Assembly: GCF_006345805.1 (NCBI RefSeq)
Contig: NC_043012.1
Span: forward strand, 3,720,001-3,784,000
Length of the DNA stretch: 64,000 bases
Direction: 5' to 3'
Source: Octopus sinensis
Lineage: Eukaryota
The notes below the pieces were generated by a model. That model was not told the origin of the DNA. It made no database searches and saw only the letters and a list, made by a program, of their open reading frames with translations. Made by a program: the position numbers and the translations under genes. Below are positions 51,331 through 62,719 of this stretch, in pieces. The stretch's first letter is position 1, and each line of letters begins with the position of its first letter.

Positions 51331-51727
51331 CATAGGCGCAGGAGTGTGGTAAGAAGCTTGCTTCCCAACTACATGGTTCCGGGTTCAGTCCCACTGTGTG
51401 GCACCTTGGGCAAGGGTCTTCTACTATAACCTCGGGCCGACCAAAGCCTTGTGAGTGGATTTGGTAGACGGAAACTGAAAGAAGCCCGTCGTATGTATGT
51501 ATATATATATGTGTGTGTGTGTGTGTTCATTTGTATGTCTGTGTTTATCCTCCCATCATTGCTTGACAAGCGATGTTGGTGTGTTTATGTTCTCATAACC
51601 TAGCAGTTTGGCAAAAGAGACTGGTAGAATAAGTACTAGGCTTACAAGGAATAAGTTCTGGGTTCGATTTGTTCGACTAATGCTGTGCTCTAGCATGGCC
51701 GCAGTCAAATGGCTGAAATAAGTCAAA
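51331..51727 (+). mobile_element. SINE family A
   Basis: Full-length copy. Confidence 0.85.
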
Positions 51728-51819
51728 GAAAGTCACTGGTCGTCAAGCATGGTGGGGTCCAAACGCTCACACACACTCACACATACAAGCACATATAAGA
51801 TGGACTTCTTTCAGTTTCT

Positions 51820-52052
51820 TATTTCTTTATTGCTTACAAGGAGCTAAACATAGAGGGGACAAACGAGGACAGACAAAGGGATTAAGTCAATTACATTGCC
51901 CCCAGTGCATAACTGGTACTTAATTTATCGACCCTGAAAGGATGAAAGGCAAAGTTGACCTCGGTGGAATTTGAACTCAGAATGTAATGGCAGACGAAAT
52001 ACCACTAAGCATTTCGCCCAGCGTGCTAACGTTTCTGCCAGCTTGCTGCTGC
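51820..52052 (-). mobile_element. SINE family B inserted in a family A copy
   Basis: Flanked by family A segments (..ctttcagtttc before and ctttcagtttctgtctacc after). Confidence 0.75.
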
Positions 52053-52293
52053 CTTTCAGTTTCTGTCTACCAAATCCACTCGCAAGGTATCATTCAAAGT
52101 GCCACACAGTAGGACTGAACCCAGAACAGTGTGGTTTGGTAGCAAACTTACCACACAGCCATGCTTTTGCCTATGTATGGCAAGGCCACAGCATGGCCAC
52201 AGCCTTAAGGCTGAAATGTATAAAAGAATATATAGTCATCATTTAACATCCATTTTCCATTCTGGCATGGGTTGGATTGCTGGCACACGTGTG

Positions 52294-52360
<67 letters not shown>

Positions 52361-52940
52361 GTATGCTTGTGTATATGTATTTATGTATTTCACATTAGCA
52401 TTTATCACAACCCCTATCAATTTCTAATTAATTGTTGACCTTTTCTTCCACAATAAGTACCTCAGACAAATTAATATTTGACCTTGGAAAGTTCATTTGT
52501 GTCAGTTCATCTTATATATGTATGTGTGTTTATATATAAACAATTAAAGTACATTTTCATAGTTTATGGAACATTAAAAAAAATTTAAGGTAATTGTGTT
52601 TATATATATATATGCTCCTAAATATATTGTATACTTAAGATTAATATATGTGTGTATTATATTGTGTTTATACCTAAGATTAATATGTGTGTGTGTGTGT
52701 ATATTATATTGTATTTATATCTAAGATTAAAGTGTGTGTGTGTTGTTTTTGTTGAGTGTGTGATATAAAACCTAAAAGTGCTAAATACTGCAAAATCCTG
52801 GTGTTAAATAGACTCTCGTGGTATTCATTCTAACACTCTGCAGATCCTCTGGCTTCAGCTTTGTCAAGGTCAACTTTGCTATTCATCCTTGCAAGTTCAG
52901 TCCAGTTTTGAGGTTGATTGTCCCCCTATTTCTCTCTCTT

Positions 52941-52973
<33 letters not shown>

Positions 52974-53800
52974 CTATCTATCCATTTATCTCTCTAACTC
53001 TATCTCCCTCTCTCTCTCCCCCCCTCTCTCTCTCTATAAGGAATGGGTTCTGCTTGGTTTTTAAATATTCAAAGCATAACAGTGTCACTACACCTCCAAC
53101 AGGAATATGTATAAATATATACAAATTGCAAGAATATATATAAATATATATGCATGATACACACACGTGGTTATATTTGTATATGTGTTACACATGTGCG
53201 AAGGTGTGTGGTCTGGTGCTTAGTGTCACACTCACAATTATGAGATCCTGAGTTCAATCCCTGGCCTGGTTGGTGTGTTGTATTCTTGAGCAAAACTCAT
53301 TTCATGTTGCTCTGCAGGTGGGAGAGTGGTAGAATTATTAGCATGTTGGCAGAAATGCTTTACAGCATATCTTCCAGCTCTCTACATTCTGAGTTCAAAT
53401 CCCACCCGAAAGCCACTCCAGTATTCACCCCAAGTTTAGTCACGGTAGCTGAAGTGCCAGTAATCTTTTTAAAAGCAATAGGGGAAGATATAGGCCTTTC
53501 CTTGATCATATAGAGAGTGCTGGGGAAGGTTCACCTGGACAGGGCCTGCCCAAGGGCAGACCCCTATTTGACAAGATTACATAATGTATATCATCATCAT
53601 CATCATTTAATGTCCATTGTCAATGCTGACATCAGTTGGACAGTTTGACTGGGCTGGCACGTTGGAAGGCTGCGCCTGGCTCCAGTCTGATTTGGCATGG
53701 TTTTCTATGGCTGGATGCCCTTCCTAATGCCAACCAATCCGAGAGTGTAATGGGTGCTTTCACATGTTACTGGCTCAGGTGCCATTTGCATAAGCATTAC

Positions 53801-53842
<42 letters not shown>

Positions 53843-54344
53843 TATCTACAGATGATGTATACATCTCTGTGTATGTATATGTGAAGAACATACTCATTAA
53901 TTACCACATAAAAAACGAAATGTCAGTACCAAATACACTATCTTTAGTATGTGTTAGTGCATCTTAATTTATATATAGAACTAGAGTGGGAGGGAACAGC
54001 ATCAATTTATTTTTCATTTTTATACTTTTATTTTAATTTTTTATCTATTTTATTCGTACTTATTGTTGGAAAGGTCATCTCACTCTGAACTTAATTATTT
54101 ATGCTTCACTACTTAAAATGTTACCTCAATTATGAAGCAATCAAACGTGACCCACGTTATAGAGCATTTGAAGTATTGCCAAATTTGGATGGGAAGATAG
54201 CTTTATACAACATTGTCATATAAGTTTAGATTTTGAAACTACTCTTGACAAATAGAAATTAAGAATTCTTGCCCCCACTTTCTTTCTTTTTTTTCTTTTT
54301 TTCTTTATGGCCAGGCTATATCTTGAAAGAAATCTTCAATATCA

Positions 54345-54757
54345 TTTACTTGTTTCAGTCATTTGACTGCGGCCATGCTGGAGCATTGCCTTAAAGGCTT
54401 TTTATTTGGAGAAATCGACCCCAGGACATATTCTTTGTAAGCCTAGTATTTATTCTATCAGTCTCTTTGGCTGAACAGCTAATTACAGTGACGTATGCTC
54501 ACCAAAATCAGCTATCATGTGATGGTGGTGGGACAAAGCACACTCACATATATATATGTGTGTTGTGTGTGTGTGTATATATATATATATATGATGAGCT
54601 TCTTTCAGTTTCTGCATACCAAATCCACTCACAAGGCTTTGGTTGGCCCAAAGCTATAGCAGAAGACACTTGCCCAAGGTACCACGCAGTGGGAATGAAC
54701 CCAGAACCATGTGATTGGGAAACAAGCTTCTTACCACACAGCCACGCTTGCGCCTTA
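54345..54757 (-). mobile_element. SINE family A
   Basis: Full-length copy. Confidence 0.8.
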
Positions 54758-56205
54758 TATAGACATACATTACATGCATATGTATGTGTGTGTGTCTCCA
54801 TCCTAATATATATATTCAGATATGCTTTAAAATTTTGGCACGAGGCCAGCAATTTCAAGGAATGGGTAAGTTGATTGCATCAACCCCAGTATTCAACTGG
54901 TGCTTATTTTGCCAATCCTGAAAGGATGAAAGGCAAAGTCAACCTCAATAGAACTCAGAATGCAAAGACGGATGAGATGCTGCCAAGCATTTTGCTCGAC
55001 ATGCTAATGGTTCAACCAGCTCACCATCTTAGAGTTGTAAAATATGGGGGTGGGGAGGTGTCTTTTGTCATTGTATTTGCTGAGAAAACAAAAAGATGGG
55101 TGCTCATGAAACAATCGTTTGCAGTATTTGTTCTGCATGCAGATATAGACACTTCATTGTCACTCTTGATATCAGCAACACTGTGAACCAGTGATTGGTT
55201 CTTTGGAAATCTCCAGTCAGCAAAACTATTGTTCAATGAATCACAGTATAAAATTTCTATAAAAACATAAATAAATGGTACAGCTGTTAAAACTGAGAGA
55301 CAGAATGGCCAGGCATTGGTGCAGTAAATCAACAGAATATTGGGCCGAAGAACCATTGGTTAACAGATGCTATTAATTCTGGTGGGTTGCAGAATAAATA
55401 GTCATTGAATAGCAAAGAAGTTTATTGTATAATGTTATATAGAATTAATGTAAATTATATTCTCAGAAATACTAGTTTGGACAGAAATGTCTGTATTTGA
55501 TGTACTATGGACGCTGTGTGAATGTATGTGTATGTGTGTGTATATATTGTATATGTGCACATGTTTGGGTATACTGTCTCGTGTGTATGCGTCTTCATGT
55601 ATTGTTTCTATGAATGTATGTAGATTAGTTTGTATTTACTGCATATTGGACAGGGAAATGAATAATATTTATTGAGTGCTAAGACTAGTTCTGTTGAGAG
55701 ACAATAGATCCGTGAAGGAACAAGAAGTTAAAGAATTCTAGCTGCTGTGATTGATTCTTAGATATTCAGAAGTAGAAATCACTGGGTAACAAATAATAAA
55801 ATATGGTACTACAAACATCACCAATCGAGATTGCAAGTATTGATAAAACCATTTCAGTGTTTTGAAAGACTTGTATCAGATTTATTGTATTTCACCCAAC
55901 ATTATTTTGTTCAGATTATTAGATAATCTTCCAAAATTTTCTAACAAATTCAATCAAATAGTCTATGGATGGAAAAATTTTAGATGAGATTTTGTTTTTT
56001 TTTAAATCTATTTGAGGTTTATTTGTTTTTAACCAATTTTTTAAAAAAACATGGAAAATACTGTAATTTTTTTCACAATTTTCTATAATTTATGATTCAC
56101 TATTATAATGTTTTTGTGTTTTTTTTTAATGAATATCTTAAAATTTAATAAATCTATGTAACATGTTGTATATATTGTTAATTTTATTTTATTTTTTTGT
56201 TTTAG

Positions 56206-56365
56206 GGAACAGCCACTGTTCAGCTGTAGGGCCCATGTTTTTCACATGGGAGATCAGGAGAGTAAAAAGCACTGGATTCAAATTAGTAAAACGGCTGCAG
56301 TAGTTCACTTTTATTATGACAATGCTCGTGCCACGTACCGAATTATAAGTGTCGAAGACTCGAAA
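56206..56365 (+). CDS. homer: Homer-family scaffold protein, internal coding exon (N-terminal half of EVH1/WH1 domain), 160 nt, phase 2 to phase 0
   Basis: Strong acceptor (ttttattttatttttttgttttag|G) and donor (AAA|gtaagt). Translation (G)EQPLFSCRAHVFHMGDQESKKHWIQISKTAAVVHFYYDNARATYRIISVEDSK aligns by eye to Homer [54 protein letters not shown] with one extra residue. Both intron positions correspond to vertebrate HOMER exon 2 (after MG, after ..SK). Confidence 0.92.
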
Positions 56366-57590
56366 GTAAGTTCTTTTGGACCTTTTAATATATCATCTTT
56401 CATAATATTGTAAAATTGTCATCAACATTCTCAGTCCTTGACCTTGTGATGTTGTAGGATACTTTGCTTGTTCTGGATAAACTCTACAGGCATGTCTGCG
56501 TTAAAGAACCTGGCCAAGTTGTATGCAGGGGGATGAAACCTTCTGGTACTCTATCATTCAGTGTCTGTGCAGGGCAGACTCAATTACCAGCTGCGTCTGC
56601 TGTCAAGTCCAACCCTGCACCTTTGACCGGTAACCATACTAAAGAAAGTTGAGTGGACATTGTTGAAGGTTTGAGGACAAAGTTTTTCATCTTGGGTCAA
56701 ACTTTCAGCAACTTCAAGTACCACTTCATGATGAAGGTAGAGTGGGAGTACTGACTTCAAGTAAATTTTATGAAATCGGGTGAGAATGGCATGACTGGCA
56801 TGACTATATGAGCCTATTCTTGTTATGTATTGAGAACTGGGAGAAATCATTTGTGTGTGTCAGAGTAACCTATGATAGTTATGTGTAGGGTACCCCAAAT
56901 CATCTTATATGGTTCCTCTTAATGTTAAAGATACATTCTCGTTATATTGTTCTTCTATGTTTTATTGCTATTTATTATTTATTTGTCTTTATTGTTATTG
57001 TTGATTTCCCTCTTTTGTCCTGTGTACCCCCCACCTCCACTGTTTCTTGTTTGTTTTTATATTTCACTTTTGTATTGTCCCCACTGACTTTACCATTAAT
57101 CCTTTCACTGCAAAATTAAGTTTCATGTTATTCCAGTGATGATGTTAAATATTTGCCAATCAAATGGAATTGGTCTTTCCTACAAGTCGTGTTGCCTCAA
57201 TAAACCTGACATAATCTCAATAGAAAAATAGCTTCAAACATGACATCTCTCAACAAAGGATCGATTGGTATATAAAACGGCTTTCTGCAGTTAAAGATAA
57301 TGAAATTTTGAGTGGATCTATTTGATTTCCATTGTCAGAGGGTTAATCCTTTCAAAAGTTGTTGCTGTTGTTCTTTAACTCTATATTATCCTTGATTTCA
57401 TAGACCTATCATCAAAGACATTTCCAGCCATGACATTCCATCTATATCTCAACATCACATATCTCAGATAAACAGTTAGGTGCAATGTAGTACTAGAATA
57501 GGAGAAACTAGGCCTAGTCTGGTGATTCTAAAAACAGTTGATGGGTGGTTACCTCCCCTGTCAGTGTACCTATATAATATATTATATATA

Positions 57591-57622
<32 letters not shown>

Positions 57623-58534
57623 TATATGATATATATGATTGATTCTGTTTCTCACGAGCTGTGGCCATGTGCGGGGCCACATATATATATATATTGTGCT
57701 CTTTTTACAGCATTGAGTTTTTTTAACTCTTATTTCTAGCAATGTAGATGCTTCAGCACCCTTAGTTACACTTAGTGATGAGTACATTTTTTCAAATATC
57801 TAAGATCACATTATTTCACATTTGTCCTTAAGATGATAGTTGATTTCAAGAAGATAGGGCTGCTATAAAATCCAGTAAGAAACTAGTTTCATCCAATATT
57901 ATGGTTTTGTGCCTAGGTTCACCATCTTAATGAACTCATTGTATTTATTACCAAGCTCATCTATGATTGTCTCAAATGTATGCTATTAACATATTGTTGT
58001 ATATGTATGTATGTATATGTGTGTATATCGCCAATAAACATTGATAGACCAGCAATCAAAGGCATTTTAACAATTGACGATCCCCTCTTTTCAGACATAC
58101 CTTAACTTCTTAGCCTGCCTTACCCAGTATTTGCTTCCTGTTTAGAACTAGGTGTGATTTCAGAGAGTTTTAACTGCTATTTCTGGTAGGTTGAGTGACT
58201 ATGCAGCAAAGCCTCCCTCATTAGCTTGTACTTTGTGTAAGTATAGTTGTGTAGTGCATGATTTCTTTTTGTGTGTGTTAGTAGTCATTATTATGATTAG
58301 GGCATAGATTGTTTCAATTCTTTGACCATCAGAAAAATGCCTTACAGTATTTCTATCCTCTCTTTACATTTGAGTTCAGTTCCTGCCAAGGTCAACTCTG
58401 CCTTCCGTTCTTCCTTAGTTGATAAAATAAAGTACCATTCAAGTACTGCGGTTGATGATATCAAGTCAATCCTTCTCTCTGTTACTTTTTGTGCCTGATT
58501 CAGAAATAGTTATCATTATTAGGGCATGGATTAG

Positions 58535-58760
58535 CCCATTAAGTCCCAATGTCCTACAAATAGGACACTAAAATGAGAACATTAAATAAGCTATATCACA
58601 TTGTCTCAGTGTCCTATTTGTAGGACACAGAGTATTTCCATTTCTACTTGAAGTAAAGGAATTTTAATAATTGATTTTTTTTGCTTTTAACCTATTTTCA
58701 ATCATTTGTAAAAATTTAAAAGTAATATTCAGAAATTTAAGTACTCTGGGGCTTAATGGG
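58535..58760. mobile_element. piggyBac-type MITE (second family)
   Basis: ttag-CCCATTAAGTCCCA...TGGGGCTTAATGGG-ttaa TIRs; internal 19-bp inverted repeat. Confidence 0.65.
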
Positions 58761-60319
58761 TTAAGGTGGCAAGCTGGCAGGATCATTACCATTCTGGGAA
58801 AATGCTTGGCAGCATTTCAACTGTCTTTATGTTCTGACTTCCAATTCCAAAGTCAACTTTGCCTTTTGCCCTTTTAGGGCCAATAAAATAGGTACCAGTT
58901 GAGCATTTGGGGCCAATATAATCGACTAGTCTCAGCCCTAAAAAATTTCAAGCCTTGTGCCTAAAGTTGAAAGGATTATCATCGCATTGTTTGGCAGGAC
59001 ATAATCAAGATTTGAAGAAGATATCTTGCAACTCTATGTTTAAGCTCACATCCTGCTGAGGCCAACTTTACCTTTCATCTTCCTGAGGTCAATATAATAA
59101 AGTACCTGTCAGTTACCTGGAGTCAATTTAAATGGTTCTTCCTACCAACTTCAAAATTTCAGGTCTTGTAACTGTTGCAAATTATTATCCTTCTCATGAC
59201 ATGCTTGTTTTAGATGTATTTATTTTCAAGATATGAATGGATAGACTCCTTAGAGCAATGGACAAAATGCATTGTCTTTTCATTTTCGGAGTTCAAATCC
59301 TACCAATGCACACACACACACACACACACACACATGAGTGTGTGGATGAAAAGTTTACTTTGAAATCATGTGGTTCTGGGATAAATTTTCCAGTCAGTTT
59401 TAGTCTGATCAATATCTTGTAAGTGAAATTTGGGAGATGGAAATTATTCAATAGCCAATAATCGTGTGTGTGGTGTGTGTTTATGGTTTATGTTGTGTCT
59501 CTTTGTGTCGTACAACTTAGTGCTTCAACAAATGGAAATCAATAAAATTAAAATAAGCACAAGACTAAAAACTGGGGTTAATGTGATCAACTAAAACCCT
59601 TGGGGGATGTGCTACAACATGGCTGTAGTCTAATGACCAAAAACTGGTAAAATAACATAAAATATATGCCTGTTTGTGTCAGTGACCTTTTCTAGACATT
59701 CTGCACTAATTGTCAATAAATGTCACTGCTGTACAGTCTCACTTGTTTGCAATCATCCATGGAAAAACATCAGGATTAGGGGAAAATATCACCTTCCTCG
59801 GAAACAGATGAGAGTTGGAAAATTGCTTGACCATGCAAGCATGGAAAAGTAGACGTTATGATGATGTTGATGTTGTAAATAAACAGGATGATTAAGAAGT
59901 ACCATTAGTATTTAAATGATGTATAAAACTTATTTTAAAAATTTTGTTAGAATTTTATTTGTATATATGTTTATGATATTTTGCTGTGAATATGTTTTGG
60001 TATATATATATATATCATCATCATCGTTTAGCATCCGCTTTCCATGCTAGCATGTGTTGGATGGTTCTACTGGGGTCTGGGAAGCCAGACGGCTGCACCA
60101 GGCCCAGTCTGATCTGGCAATGTTTCTACGGCTGGATGCCCTACCTAACGCCAACCACTCCATGAGTGTAGTGGGTAATTTTTACGTGCCACCGACACAG
60201 ATGCCAGACGAGGCTGGCAAACGGCCACGAATCAGATGGTGCTTTTTACGTGCCACCGGCATGGAGGCCAGGCGAGGCTGGCAACGGCCACGTTCGGATG
60301 GTGCTTTTTACGTGCTGCC

Positions 60320-60980
60320 TGAAATTTTGGTGGGTGGTGGGTGGACTAGTTGATTTCATTGGCTAGTAGTTATTTTGATCGACCCTGAAAAGATAAAATG
60401 CAAAGTTGACCTAGGTGGAATTTGAACTCAAAACATAAAGCTGATAGAAATGTCACTAATCATTTTTTCTGGTATTCCAACAACTCTACTGACTCACTAC
60501 CCTAATGGTAATAATAATGATAATAATAATCTTTTCTTCTTTAGGCACAAGGCCTGAAATTTGGTGGGAGGGCTTAAGTCGATTACAATGACCCCAGTGT
60601 TCCCTTGGTGCTATGCTTATCGAAAGGATGAAAGGCAAAGTTGATCTTGGCAGAATTTGAACTCAAAATGTAGTGACAGGCGAAATACTGCTAAGCATTC
60701 TGGCCAGCGTGCTAACAATTCTGCCAGCTCACTGCCTTAATAATAATAATAATAATAATAATAATCCTTTCTAATATAGGCACAAGGCCTGAAATTTGGG
60801 GCGAGGGGACTAGTCGATTATATTGACCCCAGTGTTTCACTGGTACTTAATTTATCAATCTTGAAAGGATGAAAGGCAAAGTTGACTTCAACAGAATTTG
60901 AACACAGAACATAGTGACAGGCAAAATACCGCTAAGCATTCTGTCCAGCGTGCTGACAATTCTGCCAGCTCGCCACTTTA
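60320..60980 (-). mobile_element. Three head-to-tail SINE family B copies separated by (TAA)n
   Basis: The core is repeated near 60380, 60620 and 60840. Confidence 0.8.
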
Positions 60981-61000
60981 ATAATAATATAATAATAATA

Positions 61001-61361
61001 ATAAGAGCACTCGGAGAGTACAAACCGCCACCAAAGTATCACCAGCATCCTCTCAATGATTAGCCGGAGATGATTTTTAAATTGAGAATATCTGAAATAA
61101 ACTTGACTGCTCTCACAAACGAGAATACTAATAATGAACCTGACCGCTCTCAAAAATTAAGTGAAAAAACCATAAAAATAATCCAGAATCCTTGTCTGCT
61201 ACTAGATTGATCCCAAAATCTAATCAGTTCGTGTCAGTCATCCCTGAAAGTTTCATTAGAATCCATCCAGCGGTTCTTGAGATATCTTGTCCATGGACAA
61301 ACAAGCAAGTAAACAAATGCAACTGAAAATAATATCTCTGCCTGAACAAAGGCAGAGGTAA
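61001..61361. mobile_element. Non-autonomous Helentron/DINE-like element (family E), second copy
   Basis: Colinear with 31521-31881 (gatttttaaa..gagaatatctgaaataaacttgactgctctcacaaa..atccatccagcggttcttgagatatcttgt). Confidence 0.55.
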
Positions 61362-61794
61362 TAATGAGATTATTGTGTACAATGCTCAAGTGCACTACAA
61401 CTCATTGGGAAAGGTTAAGAGAGAGATTAGAAAGCAGATATATAGGTAAAGCAAAGAGAGACAGCAATGAAAGCCAGTAGTACATGCACAGTGTAAAGAA
61501 TGAAACTCGAAAAAGACAGAAAAAGGGGGGGGGACATCAACAAAGCCCATTTTTCCATGCTTCAGACGGAATTTGTTGAAGTTGGTTTTGTATGGCTAGA
61601 TGCCCTTCCTGTTGCCAATCCTCATCTGTTTCCAAGCAAATTATCTCTCTCCATGACCAGACTTGTTTTCACAGAAGACTGGAAATGGAAGACACTGCTT
61701 GCATGACGGTGACACTTGTTTACAGCTAACACATGATGTCAAGGCAAAGAGACAGTAACACACACCACACTCATAACAGGCTTCTGCACACTTT

Positions 61795-62153
61795 CTTATT
61801 TCTTTATTGTCCACAAGGGGCTACACACAGACGGGACAGACAAACGGATGAAGTCAATTATATTGACCCCAGTGCGTAACTGGTACTTATTTAATCGACC
61901 CTGAAAGGCAAAGTCGACCTCAGCGGAATTTGAATTCAGAACGTAGCGGCAGACAAAATACCTATTTCTTTACTACCCACAAGGGGCTAAAAACAGAGAG
62001 GGCAAACAAGGACAGACAAACAGATTAAGTCGATTATATCGACCCCCAGTGCATAACTGGTACTTATTTAAGCGATTCCGAAAGGATGAAAGCAAAGTCA
62101 ACCTTGGCAGAATTTGAACTCAGACCATAGCGGCAGATGAAATACTGCTAAGC
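61795..62153 (-). mobile_element. Two tandem SINE family B copies
   Basis: Two cores with tattt(c)ttta tail variants. Confidence 0.8.
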
Positions 62154-62339
62154 ATTTCACCTGGTGTGCTAATGTTTCTGCCAGCTCGCCACCTTTGTAC
62201 GTTCGAGGTGTCGATGTTCACTGAGTCCTGCAATTCGCATCAGTTCACATGGATAGCCATGCTCTTCATCGACGAATGAGCCCCGTCCACACACTTTCTA
62301 TCTTACCAAATCCACTCACATGGTAAAATATGATCTCCA

Positions 62340-62667
62340 AAAGACCGATAAGTAAGACAACACAGCTAATTTCATGATTTCGTTCACTAAGCTATACTAC
62401 TTTATGGTGTGTATCTTAACATTTACTGTACGTATTTTAATATGATTTTATATGCTTTTATTCTTATTTATTGTACAGTAACATGATTTTATGTGCTTTT
62501 AATGGTTTTCTAGTGATTTTTATGATTCCAATATTTGTGGCAGACAAACATAAAGTCAAGTAAAATGACTTAACCTGATTTTTATTTTTCCATATCTTAT
62601 TTTTGAAAACTGACATAGAATTGAGAACGACTTAAATCGAAATGACTTAATCCAAGGTATACCTGTA
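62340..62667 (-). mobile_element. pogo/Tigger-like DNA transposon end
   Basis: The reverse complement begins TA-CAGGTATACCTTGGATTAAGTC, a Tigger-like TIR; the other end is not found. Confidence 0.45.
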
Positions 62668-62719
62668 TTTTAAAACAAGGAGTTACTTTTCAATCACCCT
62701 GTATGTGTGTGTGTGTATG

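Noticed and set aside
54862-54871. ATGG|GTAAGT resembling the Homer Met-Gly exon
   Set aside because: Phase 1 (incompatible with exon 56206) and inside a SINE B tail.
55021-55356. 111-aa minus-strand ORF as partner exon of the 56588-56836 candidate
   Set aside because: The available acceptors are phase 1 versus the required phase 2, the only donor is SINE-derived, and there is no recognisable domain.
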